A stretch of DNA of 64,000 nt, from the NCBI GenBank assembly GCA_964035575.1, contig OZ037838.1, positions 496,001-560,000 on the forward strand, written 5' to 3'. Both the position numbers and the translations under genes were made by a program. This DNA is from Rhynchopus sp. YZ270_cl-10. Taxonomy: Eukaryota. Each line of letters begins with the position of its first letter. The stretch's first letter is position 1. The notes under the pieces were generated by a model. It searched no databases. It worked only from the letters and a program-made list of their open reading frames with translations, and was not told where the DNA came from. Below are positions 36,618 through 48,169 of the stretch, piece by piece.

Positions 36618-37955
36618 TCACTGACAAACGCAACCCCCGCCACAACGCACTGCCTCACGGTCACCCCCTCCTCCTCCTCCACCTTCTTCTTCCACTTCGC
36701 ATTCGGTGCGCGCTTCGTCGCTGGTATTTTCGGTGGCATGCTTGCCTGCAGAGAGCGGGCTGTCACTCACGTCCCCCTCACCCTCACCTAGCCCGACCAA
36801 GGCGCAGACGTACGAGACCTCTGATCCTACTACAGCAACACTCCTCTCGTCCCCCGCGACAACAAGACGCTGCACCACATCTGCCCCAAGACAACTACGT
36901 TGTACTATGCTTCCATCCATCGACCACCTTTCCACTGTCCCTTTGAGTGCACCTTGCAAGATAACATAGTTCAGACAACACGAGAAGAACGCAGACGGAG
37001 CAGACACCTTCAATTCCGCGAGCAGACGTGGTGTGTCACCAGAGGTTCGGTACACAGCGATGGATGCGGGACCACAAAAGAGGATGCGACTGCCACATGG
37101 CGAAAAGGTGCAGAAGGTACGGCTTTGGAACGGATACAGATCTAGCACTTTACCGTTGGAAAGGGAGATAAGCGCGCGGGCGTTGCTTCCACCAGGTTCG
37201 TGTCCGCACGCATACCGCCCGCACGGCGACACAGCTAGACCCCTCCCCGAAATTGCAAATCGATTCTCCACAACCTTCTTCGTCAAATCAAACACCACGA
37301 CACCAGATACACATCCCCCCACAACCCTGGTCCCCACCGCACTCAGTGCAAGAACCTCGCTTGGTAGAGTAAACGCCACCTCCGCGGCCTCTGCAGATCC
37401 CGCATCCTCAGGAAAACGGAGCAGCCGAACCTCAGGAGAGTAGTGTTCCGAGAACGCTAGGTGTGAGGCGCTGAGCGCAACACACTGTACACGGTGCACT
37501 GCCGCGGTCGTGGTGGAGTGTCCTGTCGCAAGGTTGTGGCACAGCAAGGTAGGAGGGGCGACACCCTCTGTTTCCAACGGTGCTGCACCTGTTGCGATGA
37601 GATGGGTCCCGCAGGGTGATATGGTGACATCCGGCTGCGAGAATTGGTGGCCCTTAAAGAGAGCAGTGGTATGCTTCCAGGCAGGCATAGCGGTCATGGT
37701 GACAGCGAGGTGAGGGTCGGCAGAAATCAGGTCCTTGAAAGGTGTGCTCGGATCCAGCAACATCAGGTCCGTCTCCGTCTCAGCCAAGACCATCGCCGTG
37801 ACAGCGCCGTAGGGGGCCAGGGTTCCCTCCTCACCGCGTCTGAACAACACCTTTCGTTGCATGCTGAGCACCGTCTCGTCGTCTGCAATGGTCACCTTGC
37901 AGCGGTGTACCCCCTCTTTGGATGGGACCGTGCATTCAACCTGTAGTACGTCCAT
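36618..37955 (-). CDS. Divergent UBL-like plus beta-propeller protein with a C-terminal CaaX-like motif (CVCQ)
   Basis: Within ORF 36618..38234; probable start MDVLQVEC at 37955; KVTIADDETVLSMQRKV fits a ubiquitin-fold pattern; ISPCG, VSPCG and FSPCG blade turns. Confidence 0.65.
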   Translation of the reverse strand: MDVLQVECTVPSKEGVHRCKVTIADDETVLSMQRKVLFRRGEEGTLAPYGAVTAMVLAETETDLMLLDPSTPFKDLISADPHLAVTMTAMPAWKHTTALFKGHQFSQPDVTISPCGTHLIATGAAPLETEGVAPPTLLCHNLATGHSTTTAAVHRVQCVALSASHLAFSEHYSPEVRLLRFPEDAGSAEAAEVAFTLPSEVLALSAVGTRVVGGCVSGVVVFDLTKKVVENRFAISGRGLAVSPCGRYACGHEPGGSNARALISLSNGKVLDLYPFQSRTFCTFSPCGSRILFCGPASIAVYRTSGDTPRLLAELKVSAPSAFFSCCLNYVILQGALKGTVERWSMDGSIVQRSCLGADVVQRLVVAGDERSVAVVGSEVSYVCALVGLGEGEGDVSDSPLSAGKHATENTSDEARTECEVEEEGGGGGGGDREAVRCGGGCVCQ

Positions 37956-38237
37956 GTGAGGATAAAGCCCAAAGACGGACGGTTTGTCTGGTGGTAAATG
38001 GAGGAGAGGGGTGAGGGGAGGAGGAAGGGGGTGAGGATGGCAAAAAGGAGCAATTCCTTTCGCTGCAAAGTAAGGTAATGGGTAGGGGAGGGGAGGTTCC
38101 ATGACTAACGATTGGGGAAGGAACTTTGGTGCTAAAAATACATTTTTTACTTTTGCGTATTTGACTCGCTGGGGTGTTTTTGCAATCACCAAAATCTCAA
38201 AATCGGGCAATGTACCCCGAAAAAACCAGGTCACACA

Positions 38238-39239
38238 TCACTCACTGTTGTGTGGATACAGATGCCTTGTCACAATGACGCCATCTGATTGCACTACCAT
38301 AACAACACGTGAACACGGTGATATCGCGAACGATGCACTCGTGCTATCCGATATCACATGCACACAGGACATGGTTGCCACATCATACTGGTGCAGCACA
38401 TGTGTAGTCCTCACCACAAGGTACTTCCCACACGGGGTGAACTGCATGTCCTCGACAAGCCCACCCACAGCAACACTGCGAAGAGCCGCACCACTCCAAT
38501 TAAAGAGCTGCACGATGCCATTCAGCCCCTCTACAGCAGAGCCCACCACAGCAAAGACAGAGGCAGACCGTGAAAGCGCCACTGCACAGAACCCACTCGC
38601 AGGCACACATACCACAGCTTCACCTGTGCTCACATCCCACAGACGTACGTTACAACGTCAGGTCTTCGTCATACACAGAGACGCCGTCTTTGCCCTGTGA
38701 GACAACAACACAGCCATACGCAAACACTGAGTACGAGGTGCCGTCGACTTTGCGGACCACCTCCCCACCCGGAAGCGCAACCTCGAGAAGACCTTTCCAA
38801 CACGCCAGGTAGCAGCGTGTCTTGCACTTCGAGATGGCAGGCGACCGTACACTTCATTGTCCACTTTGAACGAGAAGACAGTGTCAAAGGTTTCTGTGTC
38901 GAAGCCGCCAACGTGCCCATTCCTGCTACAATAGACGCAGCGTGTTCCACAACGCGACAGCGACAAGTTTACCGCGCGAGTTGCAGTGTACTCAGCAGGA
39001 CACTTGATGTCAGCAAAGCGGCAGGCAAGCACAACCTGAACCCCTGCATCAAACGCAGTGTCCTGCAGACGGCACGTCCCCTCCAGCACCTGCGTGCCGA
39101 TGCGCATCTCGACAGACGCAGGCGAGACAGCAAGCGCCGTGCACGCAACCTCCTTTGCCGCTGCAACGTCCGCCTCGCACGGCACCTCCACTGTCGCAGT
39201 CACGCCTGACTCTTCCAGCACAAAGGTCACATCCATCAT
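38238..39239 (-). pseudogene. UBL-beta-propeller copy 11 (frameshift near 38843, deletion in blade 4 near 38651)
   Basis: Split ORFs 38658..39239 and 38238..38633; the SDCGGW segment is missing. Confidence 0.8.
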
Positions 39240-39558
39240 TATGTTGCGTTACTTCGTGAGAAGGTGCAAATCAGCACGTTTGCTCCACCACAAACGGAGG
39301 GAGTGATGAGGTGGGTGGGGGAGAGGTGTTGTTCTGTGTTGCATGTTTGTGGTGGTTCTCGTTGTGAGAGGTGACGAATGGAAAATGACACTCAGCATCG
39401 CGATCTGTCACCCACACGAGAGCGCCACATGGGCAGCGTGTGAGGTGGGCAACCTGTGGCAGGCAAACAAAAGAAAAGCAGCAACAGGGCTGAAAGGGGG
39501 GTTTCTTGGGGGTGTATTGAGGGTCTTGGGCTTTTGCTGGTACCCTGGGGTATATTCA

Positions 39559-40671
39559 TCACCACTCTTCCTCCCCTCTCCTGGTCACATCACTCACTGT
39601 TGTGTGGTACAGATGCCTTGTCACAATGACGCCATTTAATTTCGTAGCCACAAAAACACGTGAACACGGCGATATCGCAAATGACGTAGCATAGTCTCGC
39701 AGGACCACACGCACACAGGACATGGTTGCCACATCATACTCGTCCAGCATGTGTGTTCCCTTTACCACAAGGTACTTCCCACACGGGGTGAACTGCATGC
39801 ACTCGACATCCCCACGCACATCAACACTGCGAAGAGCCGCACCACTCCAATCAAAGAGGTGCACGGTCTTTTCCTCCACCACAGCAAAGACAGAGGCAGA
39901 CCGTGAAAGCGCCACGAGACCCTGCCACCCGTCCGCAGGCACACATGCCACAGCTTCACCTGTGTTCACATCCCACAGACGTGTGTTGTTTTCCCTGTTG
40001 GAGGAGGTGATCACCCACCCACCACAGTCCGACACTGCCACGTCCCTGCACACTTCGTGCGAGAGAGAGCGGAGCAACGTCAGGTCTTCGTCATACACAG
40101 AGACGCCGTCTTTGCCCTTCGAGACAACAACACTGCCACACGCAAACACTGATTCCGAGTAGCCGTCGACTTTGCGGACCACCTCCCCACCCGGAAGCGC
40201 AACCTCGAGAAGGCAATCCTTGTGGCACGGCAGGTAGCAGCGTGTCTTGCACTGCGAGACGGCAGGCGGACCTAGCACAATATGGGGTAGGTTGAACTCA
40301 AAGACACGGGAAAAGGTTTCTGTGTCCAAGCCAACAACCTTCCGATCACAAAAATAGATGCAGAGCGTTCCACAACGCGACAGCGACATCACTACGTTCA
40401 ACGACGACTCCTTCAAATTGTACTCAGCAGGACACTTGATGTTGGCAAAGCGGCGGGCAAGCACAACCTGCACCCCTGCATCAAACGCAGTGTCCTGCAG
40501 ACGGCACGTCCCCTCCAGCACCTGCGTGCCGATGCGCATCTCGACAGACGCAGGCGAGACAGCAAGCGCCGTGCACGCAACCTCCTTTGCCGCTGCAACG
40601 TCCGCCTCGCACGGCACCTCCACTGTCGCAGTCACGCCTGACTCTTCCAGCACAAAGGTCACATCCATCAT
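39559..40671 (-). CDS. UBL-beta-propeller copy 12 (1-nt loss in the last codons alters the C-terminus)
   Basis: tgtgtggtac instead of tgtgtgggtac near 39606; otherwise full length. Confidence 0.7.
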   Translation of the reverse strand: MMDVTFVLEESGVTATVEVPCEADVAAAKEVACTALAVSPASVEMRIGTQVLEGTCRLQDTAFDAGVQVVLARRFANIKCPAEYNLKESSLNVVMSLSRCGTLCIYFCDRKVVGLDTETFSRVFEFNLPHIVLGPPAVSQCKTRCYLPCHKDCLLEVALPGGEVVRKVDGYSESVFACGSVVVSKGKDGVSVYDEDLTLLRSLSHEVCRDVAVSDCGGWVITSSNRENNTRLWDVNTGEAVACVPADGWQGLVALSRSASVFAVVEEKTVHLFDWSGAALRSVDVRGDVECMQFTPCGKYLVVKGTHMLDEYDVATMSCVRVVLRDYATSFAISPCSRVFVATKLNGVIVTRHLYHTTVSDVTRRGEEEW

Positions 40672-41432
40672 TGTGTTGCGTTGCTTCGTGAGAAGGTGCA
40701 AATCAGCACGTTTGCTCCACGACAAACGGAGGGAGTGATGAGGTGGGTGGGGGAGAGGTGTTGTTCTGTGTTGCATGTTTGTGGTGGTTCTCGTTGTGAG
40801 AGGTGACGAATGGAAAATGACACTCAACATCGCGATCTGTCACCCACACGAGAGCACCGCATGGGCAGCGTGATGGGACTGGAGGGATGTCTCTCTGTGG
40901 GCGTAGACAGGTATCAAAAGGGAGGTAGGGAGTGCGGGTGTGGTGTGCAAGAGACAACAAACAGGTCGGGGAGAGGTCTTTGTTTTGTCTTTGAAAGCTT
41001 GGTTGTATTAGTGTGGATGTGCTCCACTGTGTTTTGCTTTTAAACGTGGACACCATCCTTTGGTTCTTGCCCTGCTGAGGCAGCATTAGTTTTGTATTTC
41101 ATGACTTTTCAGTTTCTCTCCCCTCTGCGGTGTGAAGCGCAAACACTCTTTCTATTTGCTTCGCAGACCGGTAACTGACTCACGAAGTGTGTCCAATCCT
41201 GCTCATTTCTCTCAACATCATAAAAATCTCAAACCACACAAATGAAGGGAAAGGGAATAATGGGCACACAAATGAATGGGGTGAACGACATCTTCTTCGT
41301 TCTCAAACACGAAAACCTTGAAAGTGATGTGCAAACCTACGAAGGATAGAAAATGAATGCATCGCAATAAAATGTCTTTGCGTTTCACACAGGGACACCT
41401 CACTCAGGGGTGACCCCGAGACACAAGAAAAA

Positions 41433-41640
41433 GAGAAATATTTATAAGATGACCCTAAGCCTCTCTGTGCTTAGTCACCTTGAGCACATTCGTTATCGCA
41501 CAGCATCAGCTGCGTGGGTTTCCACAAGTTTGTTGTCAGGGTTGATGCCATTTCCCTAGCGGGAGTTCGTAATGTTGGCACGTACGACGCAGTGTTCGAG
41601 CATGTGCATGGTGTAGCGCGGGTACGTGAATTGGGCGACG
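41433..41640 (-). mobile_element. ~210-bp 3'-end copy of retroposon family B
   Basis: Matches about 5976-6182, including the stem-loop. Confidence 0.75.
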
Positions 41641-41768
41641 AAAAAAAGCTTGAAAACACAAGTCATTCGCAGTGTAGTCCTCATCCCAGCCAGTGGCAGC
41701 AAAAATCCAAATAACGGTGTTTTTTGGGTACTTTCAGTTTGCACCACCCTCCCACCCCTCGCGAAACA

Positions 41769-42891
41769 TCACTCACTGTTGTGTGGGTACAGATATTTTG
41801 TTGCAATGACGCGATCTGATTGAATAGCCATAACAACACGCGAACACGGCGATATCGCAAAGGACCCACCTGTTCCGTGCGGTAACACATGCACACAGGA
41901 CATGGTCGCCACATCATACTGGTGCAGGAAAGTCGTCCCAAAGCATCGTGTGTCCACGAACCTAACTACGGCGTACTTCCCACATGGAGTGAACTGCACG
42001 CCACAGACGCTCAGCTGCTCGTCTTCAAAGCGTCCAAGAACCGCACCACTCCAGTCATAGAGGTACGCTTTGTCATAGTACTCCACAGCAAAGACAGAGG
42101 CAGACCGCGAAAGCGCAACACACCACCCATTTGCAGCGGCACACATGCCACAGCTTCACCTGTGTTCACATCCCACAGACGTGCGTTCTCCTCCTTGTCG
42201 GAAAAGGTGATCACCCACCCACCACAGTCCGACACTGCCATGCTCCTGCACCCTTCATGTGAGAGAGAGAGCGGAGCAACGTCAGGTCTTCGTCATACAC
42301 AGAGACGTTGCCTTCGCCCTGCGAGACAACAACACCACCACACGCAAACGGCGTTCTCAAGGAGCCGTCGACTTTGTGGACCACCTCCCCACCCGGAAGC
42401 GCAACCTCCGCAAGACAATTCCGATCCGCCATGTAGCAGCGTGTCTTGCACCGCGAGATGGCAGGCGCATCACACACCTCAATGTTTGATTTGAACCTGA
42501 AGGCAGGGCTGAAGGTTTCTGTATTGAGGCCGGTGACACAGTCATCCTCCTGTGCAAAGAGGCAGAGTGCTCCACAAGGAGACAGCGACAAATGCCTAAT
42601 TTCCCTCTCCGGCTTTCCAATTGGCACCTCTGCACTGTACTCAGCAGGACACTTGATGTCGGCAAAGCGGGGGCGGGCAAGCACAACCTGCACCCCTGAA
42701 TCAAACGCAGTGTCCTGCAGACGGCACGTCCCCTCCAGCACCTGCGTGCCGATGCGCATCTCGACAGACGCAGGCGAGACAGCAAGCGCCGTGCACGCAA
42801 CCTCCTTTGCCGCTGCAACGTCCGCCTCGCACGGCACCTCCACTGTCGCAGTCACGCCTGACTCTTCCAGCACAAAGGTCACATCCATCAT
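41769..42891 (-). pseudogene. UBL-beta-propeller copy 13 (two frameshifts)
   Basis: Three overlapping ORF pieces: 42211..42951, 42011..42241 and 41769..42146. Confidence 0.8.
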
Positions 42892-43543
42892 ATTGTTAAG
42901 GGTTCTGTTGTGTTTGATGTGATGGTTGGTGGTGTCACTTCGCAACGACAAATAAGAAGGTTGGTGGGCTAAATACGTGTTTCAACAAACTCTGATAAAG
43001 AAAGCAATTTGAAGATACCCTGCGACAAACACACAGTCGTTGTGGTTTGCCAAAGATCGTGGGGTGGAATGATTCTTTCCTGTGGTTGTTGTTGGATTGA
43101 TTTGTGCTTTTTTTGCCAGGATTGTGGCCAAAGTATACATGATGAGATGATCGTGTTGTTGTTTGGCTAAGTGGTGGAGAAGGAACAGGATGAGGATGTC
43201 AGGCAGTGCAGCTACCTCAGATGCTGTGCGTTTGGCAAGTTGCAGCGTCTGTGCAGAACGTCCAGCTCAGGCGAAAAGAAGAGAAAGTGCAAAAAGAAGT
43301 GACTTGAGATACAATGCCTTGCCCTGGCAGTGTACCTTTTGGTGCGTTACCAGAACACCGTGGGTGGACCCGCGGCTGATCCCCCTAGACATAGATGGCG
43401 TGCGAAGAGTTTTCTTTGCATTCTTCTTCGCATTCGGGGAAAGCTAAAAGGGGTTTCTTGGGGGTGTTTTGAGGGTCTTGGGTTGTTTTGCTGACGCTGT
43501 GTTATATTGATCACCACCCTCCCTCCCCTCCCCTGGTCACACG

Positions 43544-44668
43544 TCACTCACTGTTGTGTGGGTACAGATGCCTTGTCGCAATGATGCCATTTGCTTGCAT
43601 GACCACAACAACACGCGAACACGGCGATATCGCAAAGGACCCTCCGACACGGGTTTGCGGTATCACACGCACACAGGACATGGTCGCCACATCATACTGG
43701 TGCAGGTGTACATCGTAATCAGGCCAATCTTCGTCATCATCATTATACTCCGCTACACCTACCCCCACCACAAGGTACTTCCCACACGGGGTGAACTGCA
43801 TGCTCTCGGCATCCCCACCCACATCAACACTGCGAAGAGCCGCACCACTCCAATCATAGAGGTGCACGTCGCCAGAGCACCCCACAGCAAAGACAGAAGC
43901 AGACCGTGAAAGCGCCACTGCTTCGTCCCGCCACCCCGCAGGCACACATGCCACAGCTTCACCTGTGTTCACATCCCACAGACGTGCGTTCATCTCACTC
44001 AGGGAGGAAGTGATCACCCACCCACCACAGTCCGACACTGCCACACGCACAAACCCTTCATGCGAGAGAGAGCGGAGCAACGTCAGGTCTTCGTCATACA
44101 TAGAGACTCCGTCATTGCCCTTCGAGACAACAACACCGCCACACGCAAACACTGAGTACGAGATGCCGTCGACTTTGCGGAGCACCTCCCCACCTGGAAG
44201 CGCAACCTCGAGAAGGTGATCCTCACACGCCAGGTAGCAGCGTGTCTTGCACTGCGAGATGGCAGGTGTAGCGTCTGCTTCGGCTGCGTCCACTTTGAAC
44301 GAGAAGACAGTGTCGAAGGTTTCTGTGTCGAAGCCGCCAACATGACCACTACTGTGACTATAGACGCAGAGCGTTCCACAACGCGACAGTGACCAGCATC
44401 CCACATGCGTTGCAGTGTACTCAGCAGGACACTTGATATCGGCAAAGCGGCGGGCAAGCACAACCTGCACCCCTGCATCAAACGCAGTGTCCTGCAGACG
44501 GCACGTCCCCTCCAGCACCTGCGTGCCGATGCGCATCTCGACAGACGCAGGCGAGACAGCAAGCGCCGTGCACGCAACCTCCTTTGCCGCTGCAACATCC
44601 GCCTCGCACGGCACCTCCACTGTCGCAGTCACGCCTGACTCTTCCAGCACAAAGGTCACATCCATCAT
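43544..44668 (-). CDS. UBL-beta-propeller copy 14 (intact)
   Basis: Full-length family ORF. Confidence 0.85.
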   Translation of the reverse strand: MMDVTFVLEESGVTATVEVPCEADVAAAKEVACTALAVSPASVEMRIGTQVLEGTCRLQDTAFDAGVQVVLARRFADIKCPAEYTATHVGCWSLSRCGTLCVYSHSSGHVGGFDTETFDTVFSFKVDAAEADATPAISQCKTRCYLACEDHLLEVALPGGEVLRKVDGISYSVFACGGVVVSKGNDGVSMYDEDLTLLRSLSHEGFVRVAVSDCGGWVITSSLSEMNARLWDVNTGEAVACVPAGWRDEAVALSRSASVFAVGCSGDVHLYDWSGAALRSVDVGGDAESMQFTPCGKYLVVGVGVAEYNDDDEDWPDYDVHLHQYDVATMSCVRVIPQTRVGGSFAISPCSRVVVVMQANGIIATRHLYPHNSE

Positions 44669-45474
44669 ATTGTTAAGGGGTCTGTTGTGTTTGATGTGAT
44701 GGTTGGTGGTGTCACTTCGCAACGACAAATAAGAAGGTTGGTGGGTTAAATACGTGTTTCAACAAACTCTGACAAAGCAAGCCATTTGAAGATACCCTGC
44801 GGCAAACACACAGATGTGCCGAATAAAACTGATGGCTTGCCCGTACTGTGCTGTGAACGGGGAAGGTACACAACCGCTCATCAGCAGGTTTGTGTTTCCG
44901 TTTACAACAACCCACAAGAGTAGAACAACACACAAACTCTTGAGAAACAAACGATAATGAGACCTAGAGTCTCTCTTGTTTCTTGTGTGCAACAGACGAA
45001 CGTGACAACACTCGCCGCGACTGCAAAGGCAAAACAGGGACACAAACGTTTCACTGAAGGGATACACAGTTGCTACATCTCACTGGGGAAGCACTTCCGC
45101 GATACCTTCGGTGCTGCACTACACAAGACTGCAGACCACAGCTATGTGCACATCCTGCACCAAACCCCACACAGAAGACCCCTCTCCGCATCCTCAAGCA
45201 ACGGCGGCAAAAGACTCTCCCAGAGCACGAAGCTGGATGCGTTCCATGTGAGTCCACGAAGCACACACTTGCCGTTCTCTTGCACGCACAGAGACGTCTG
45301 ACATTCCCTCAGCAACCCCCTTGCGCACACGCTGTTTCGACCGTCATTTCCGACCTTCGCTTCACACCGTTGGACACTCAGTTCCATTCACTTCACATCC
45401 GAATCGTCATGCATTTTCTCCTTCTTCTTTGACATGAGATGTCTTCCAGATGGTCCTTCATATGCGCATCCTCT

Positions 45475-46140
45475 CTACAGATCGAACCGGTGCACCTGGT
45501 CCCCTGCCTTGAAGCATACTGAGGCAAATGAGAACTCTGCGGGCTTACTCAGGGGTCTTGGTGTGGTGTGCTTGCAGGTGTTTGGCCGTGTTGCGATGGT
45601 GATGTGCGGTGTAGGGTCTTTGAAATACCTTCTGAAGCCGAGGCTGTGGAGTGCGGTGTCAGCTGCGTCGATGAGGGCAAGGATGTGCTCAGAGCGTGAC
45701 GTCACCACAGCGAACTCTGTTGTGCCTTCCTCATTCACAAATACGTCGGCATGCGTGAAGCTTGCATCAAACGGTGGAAACGGTGTGAACCCTGCTCCCA
45801 GCGCCTCCGCCACCTGCACGATGTCACCCTTGTTCATGTAGAGCTGGCGACTCAGCGAGACGTGTGGGTGTGCTATCGGCGTCCAGCCTTCCTCCACCGG
45901 GAAGGCGAGCTGCGGCACCTCCAGATACACAATGCCAGACCACATGCCCACCTGGTGTGCCTGGTGCCGTACGCGTGTCGCAGGTGCAGGTCCTGGTTCC
46001 AACGATCCGACAGTGTCCTGCGGTGCGGGCGGCACATCGCGTTTCCTCTTCCGTCGGCGCCGTTTCGCTAGCACCGTGTCGTCGGGTGGGGTCTCATGAC
46101 CATCATCACTGCCCGACCCATAAAGCGCAATGCCGTCCAT
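45475..46140 (-). CDS. USB1: U6 snRNA phosphodiesterase USB1-like (2H phosphoesterase)
   Basis: HVSLSR and HITIA 2H motifs; RVRHQAHQVGMWSGIVY, VFVNEEGTTEF, RYFKDPTPH and the terminal VCFKAGDQVHRFDL match the Usb1 pattern. Confidence 0.85.
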   Translation of the reverse strand: MDGIALYGSGSDDGHETPPDDTVLAKRRRRKRKRDVPPAPQDTVGSLEPGPAPATRVRHQAHQVGMWSGIVYLEVPQLAFPVEEGWTPIAHPHVSLSRQLYMNKGDIVQVAEALGAGFTPFPPFDASFTHADVFVNEEGTTEFAVVTSRSEHILALIDAADTALHSLGFRRYFKDPTPHITIATRPNTCKHTTPRPLSKPAEFSFASVCFKAGDQVHRFDL

Positions 46141-46394
46141 CGAGGGGGTGTGATAAAGTGAACTGTGAAGAAGGTCAAGGTGGAGGGGGGGTGAGCAGAG
46201 GATGATGAAGAAGAGTGGTGACGCAGTAGATTACCAGCTTAAAAGGGGGCTGTGGGAGCTTTTGAGGGCAGGCTGTGCGCTAATTTTCCTATCTCCCGTT
46301 TTGTGGATACCGTTACTGGCATTTGTTGTTCTTTTTTTGCTGTGACCTTGGGTCAACTTAATCACCACCCTCCCTCCCCTCCCCTGGTCACACA

Positions 46395-47525
46395 TCACTC
46401 ACTGTTGTGTGGGTACAGATGCCTTGTCGCAATGACGCCATCAGGTTGCATAACCACAAGAGTACGTGAACACGGAGATATCGCAAATGACACAACTGAG
46501 CTATGCGGCATCACATGCACACAGGACATGGTCGCCACATCATACTGGTGCAGGTAGGAGTTGTACACCAGATCATCGGTGTCCACACCATTTATGAACT
46601 CCGTAATCACTACCCCCACCACAAGGTACTTCCCACACGGGGTGAACTGCATGTCGTCGACAAGCCCACTGACATCAACACTGCGAAGAGCCGCACCACT
46701 CCAGTCATAGAGCTGCACGTTGCCAGAGCCCACCACAGCAAAGACAGAGGCAGACCGTGAAAGCGCCACTTGTACGCACGACCACTCGTCGGACTCCACC
46801 GGCACACAGGCCACAAAAATACCCATGTTCACATCCCACAGACGTGCGTTGTTATCCTTGTTGGAGGAGGTGATCACCCACCCACCACAGTCTGAAACTG
46901 CCACCTCCTCACACTCTTCGTGCGAGAGAGAGCGGAGCAACGTCAGGTCTTCGTCATACACAGAGACGACGTTGACTCCCATCGAGACAACAACACCGCC
47001 ACACGCGACCACTGAGTGCGAGAGGCTGTCAACTTTGCGGACCACCTCCCCACCCGGAAGCGCAACCTCGGCAAGGTAACCCAAACACGGCATGTAGCAG
47101 CGTGTCTTGCACTGCGAGATGGCAGGTACACCGGACACTTTAGTGTCCACTTTGAACGAGAAGACAGTGTCGAAGGTTTCTGTGTCAAAGCCGCCAACAT
47201 ACCCACTCCCATTACCATAGATGCAGAGCGTCCCACAACACGACAGTCTTATGCTTCCCGCATGCGTTGCAGTGTACTCAGCAGGACACTTGATGTCGGC
47301 AAAGCGGCGGGCAAGCACAACCTGCACCCCTGCATCAAACGCAGTGTCCTGCAGACGGCACGTCCCCTCCAGCACCTGCGTGCCGATGCGCATCTCGACA
47401 GACGCAGGCGAGACAGCAAGCGCCGTGCACGCAACCTCCTTTGCCGCTGCAACGCCCGCCTCGCACGGCACCTCCACTGTCGCAGTCACGCCTGACTCTT
47501 CCAGCACAAAGGTTACATCCATCAT
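46395..47525 (-). CDS. UBL-beta-propeller copy 15 (intact)
   Basis: Full-length family ORF, 376 aa. Confidence 0.85.
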   Translation of the reverse strand: MMDVTFVLEESGVTATVEVPCEAGVAAAKEVACTALAVSPASVEMRIGTQVLEGTCRLQDTAFDAGVQVVLARRFADIKCPAEYTATHAGSIRLSCCGTLCIYGNGSGYVGGFDTETFDTVFSFKVDTKVSGVPAISQCKTRCYMPCLGYLAEVALPGGEVVRKVDSLSHSVVACGGVVVSMGVNVVSVYDEDLTLLRSLSHEECEEVAVSDCGGWVITSSNKDNNARLWDVNMGIFVACVPVESDEWSCVQVALSRSASVFAVVGSGNVQLYDWSGAALRSVDVSGLVDDMQFTPCGKYLVVGVVITEFINGVDTDDLVYNSYLHQYDVATMSCVHVMPHSSVVSFAISPCSRTLVVMQPDGVIATRHLYPHNSE

Positions 47526-48169
47526 ATTGTTAAGGGGTCTGTTGTGTTTGATGTGATGTTTTGTGGGGTCACTTCACAACGACAAATAAGAAGGTTGGTG
47601 GGTTAAATACGTGTTTCAACAAAGAAGTCTGACAAAGCAAGCAATTTGAAGATACCCTGAGGCAAACACACAGTCATTGTCGTTTGCCAAAGATCGTGGT
47701 ATGTAATGATTATTTCCTGGGGTCGTCGTCGAATTGATTTACGTTTTTTTTTGCCAGGATTGTGGCCAAAGTATACATGATGAGATGATCGTGTTGTTGT
47801 TTGGCTAAGTGGTGGAGAAGGAACAGGATGAGGATGTCAGGCAGTGCAGCTACCTCAGATGCTGTGCGTTTGGCAAGTTACAGCGTCTGTGCAGAACGTC
47901 CAGCTCAGGACAAAATGCTCGACAGACTCGTTCCTCTTTGCTTGTTGCTCAAAAGACTATAAACGGGGGGGGAAAAAGTAAAAGTTGTTTGTTGTTCGCT
48001 TCCACACCTTTTTTTCTTCTTCGACTTGATTTACGATATGGTTGTGTTTGCCTGAAGTACAAAAAGTGTCGTGGAGCACAGGGGGGAAAAGAGGGGGAAA
48101 CAAGCGGGATACGCAGACGCGCGACTTTTCACGAGGGTCTCGAGCATTTTGTCAAATACTACGTGTTTA

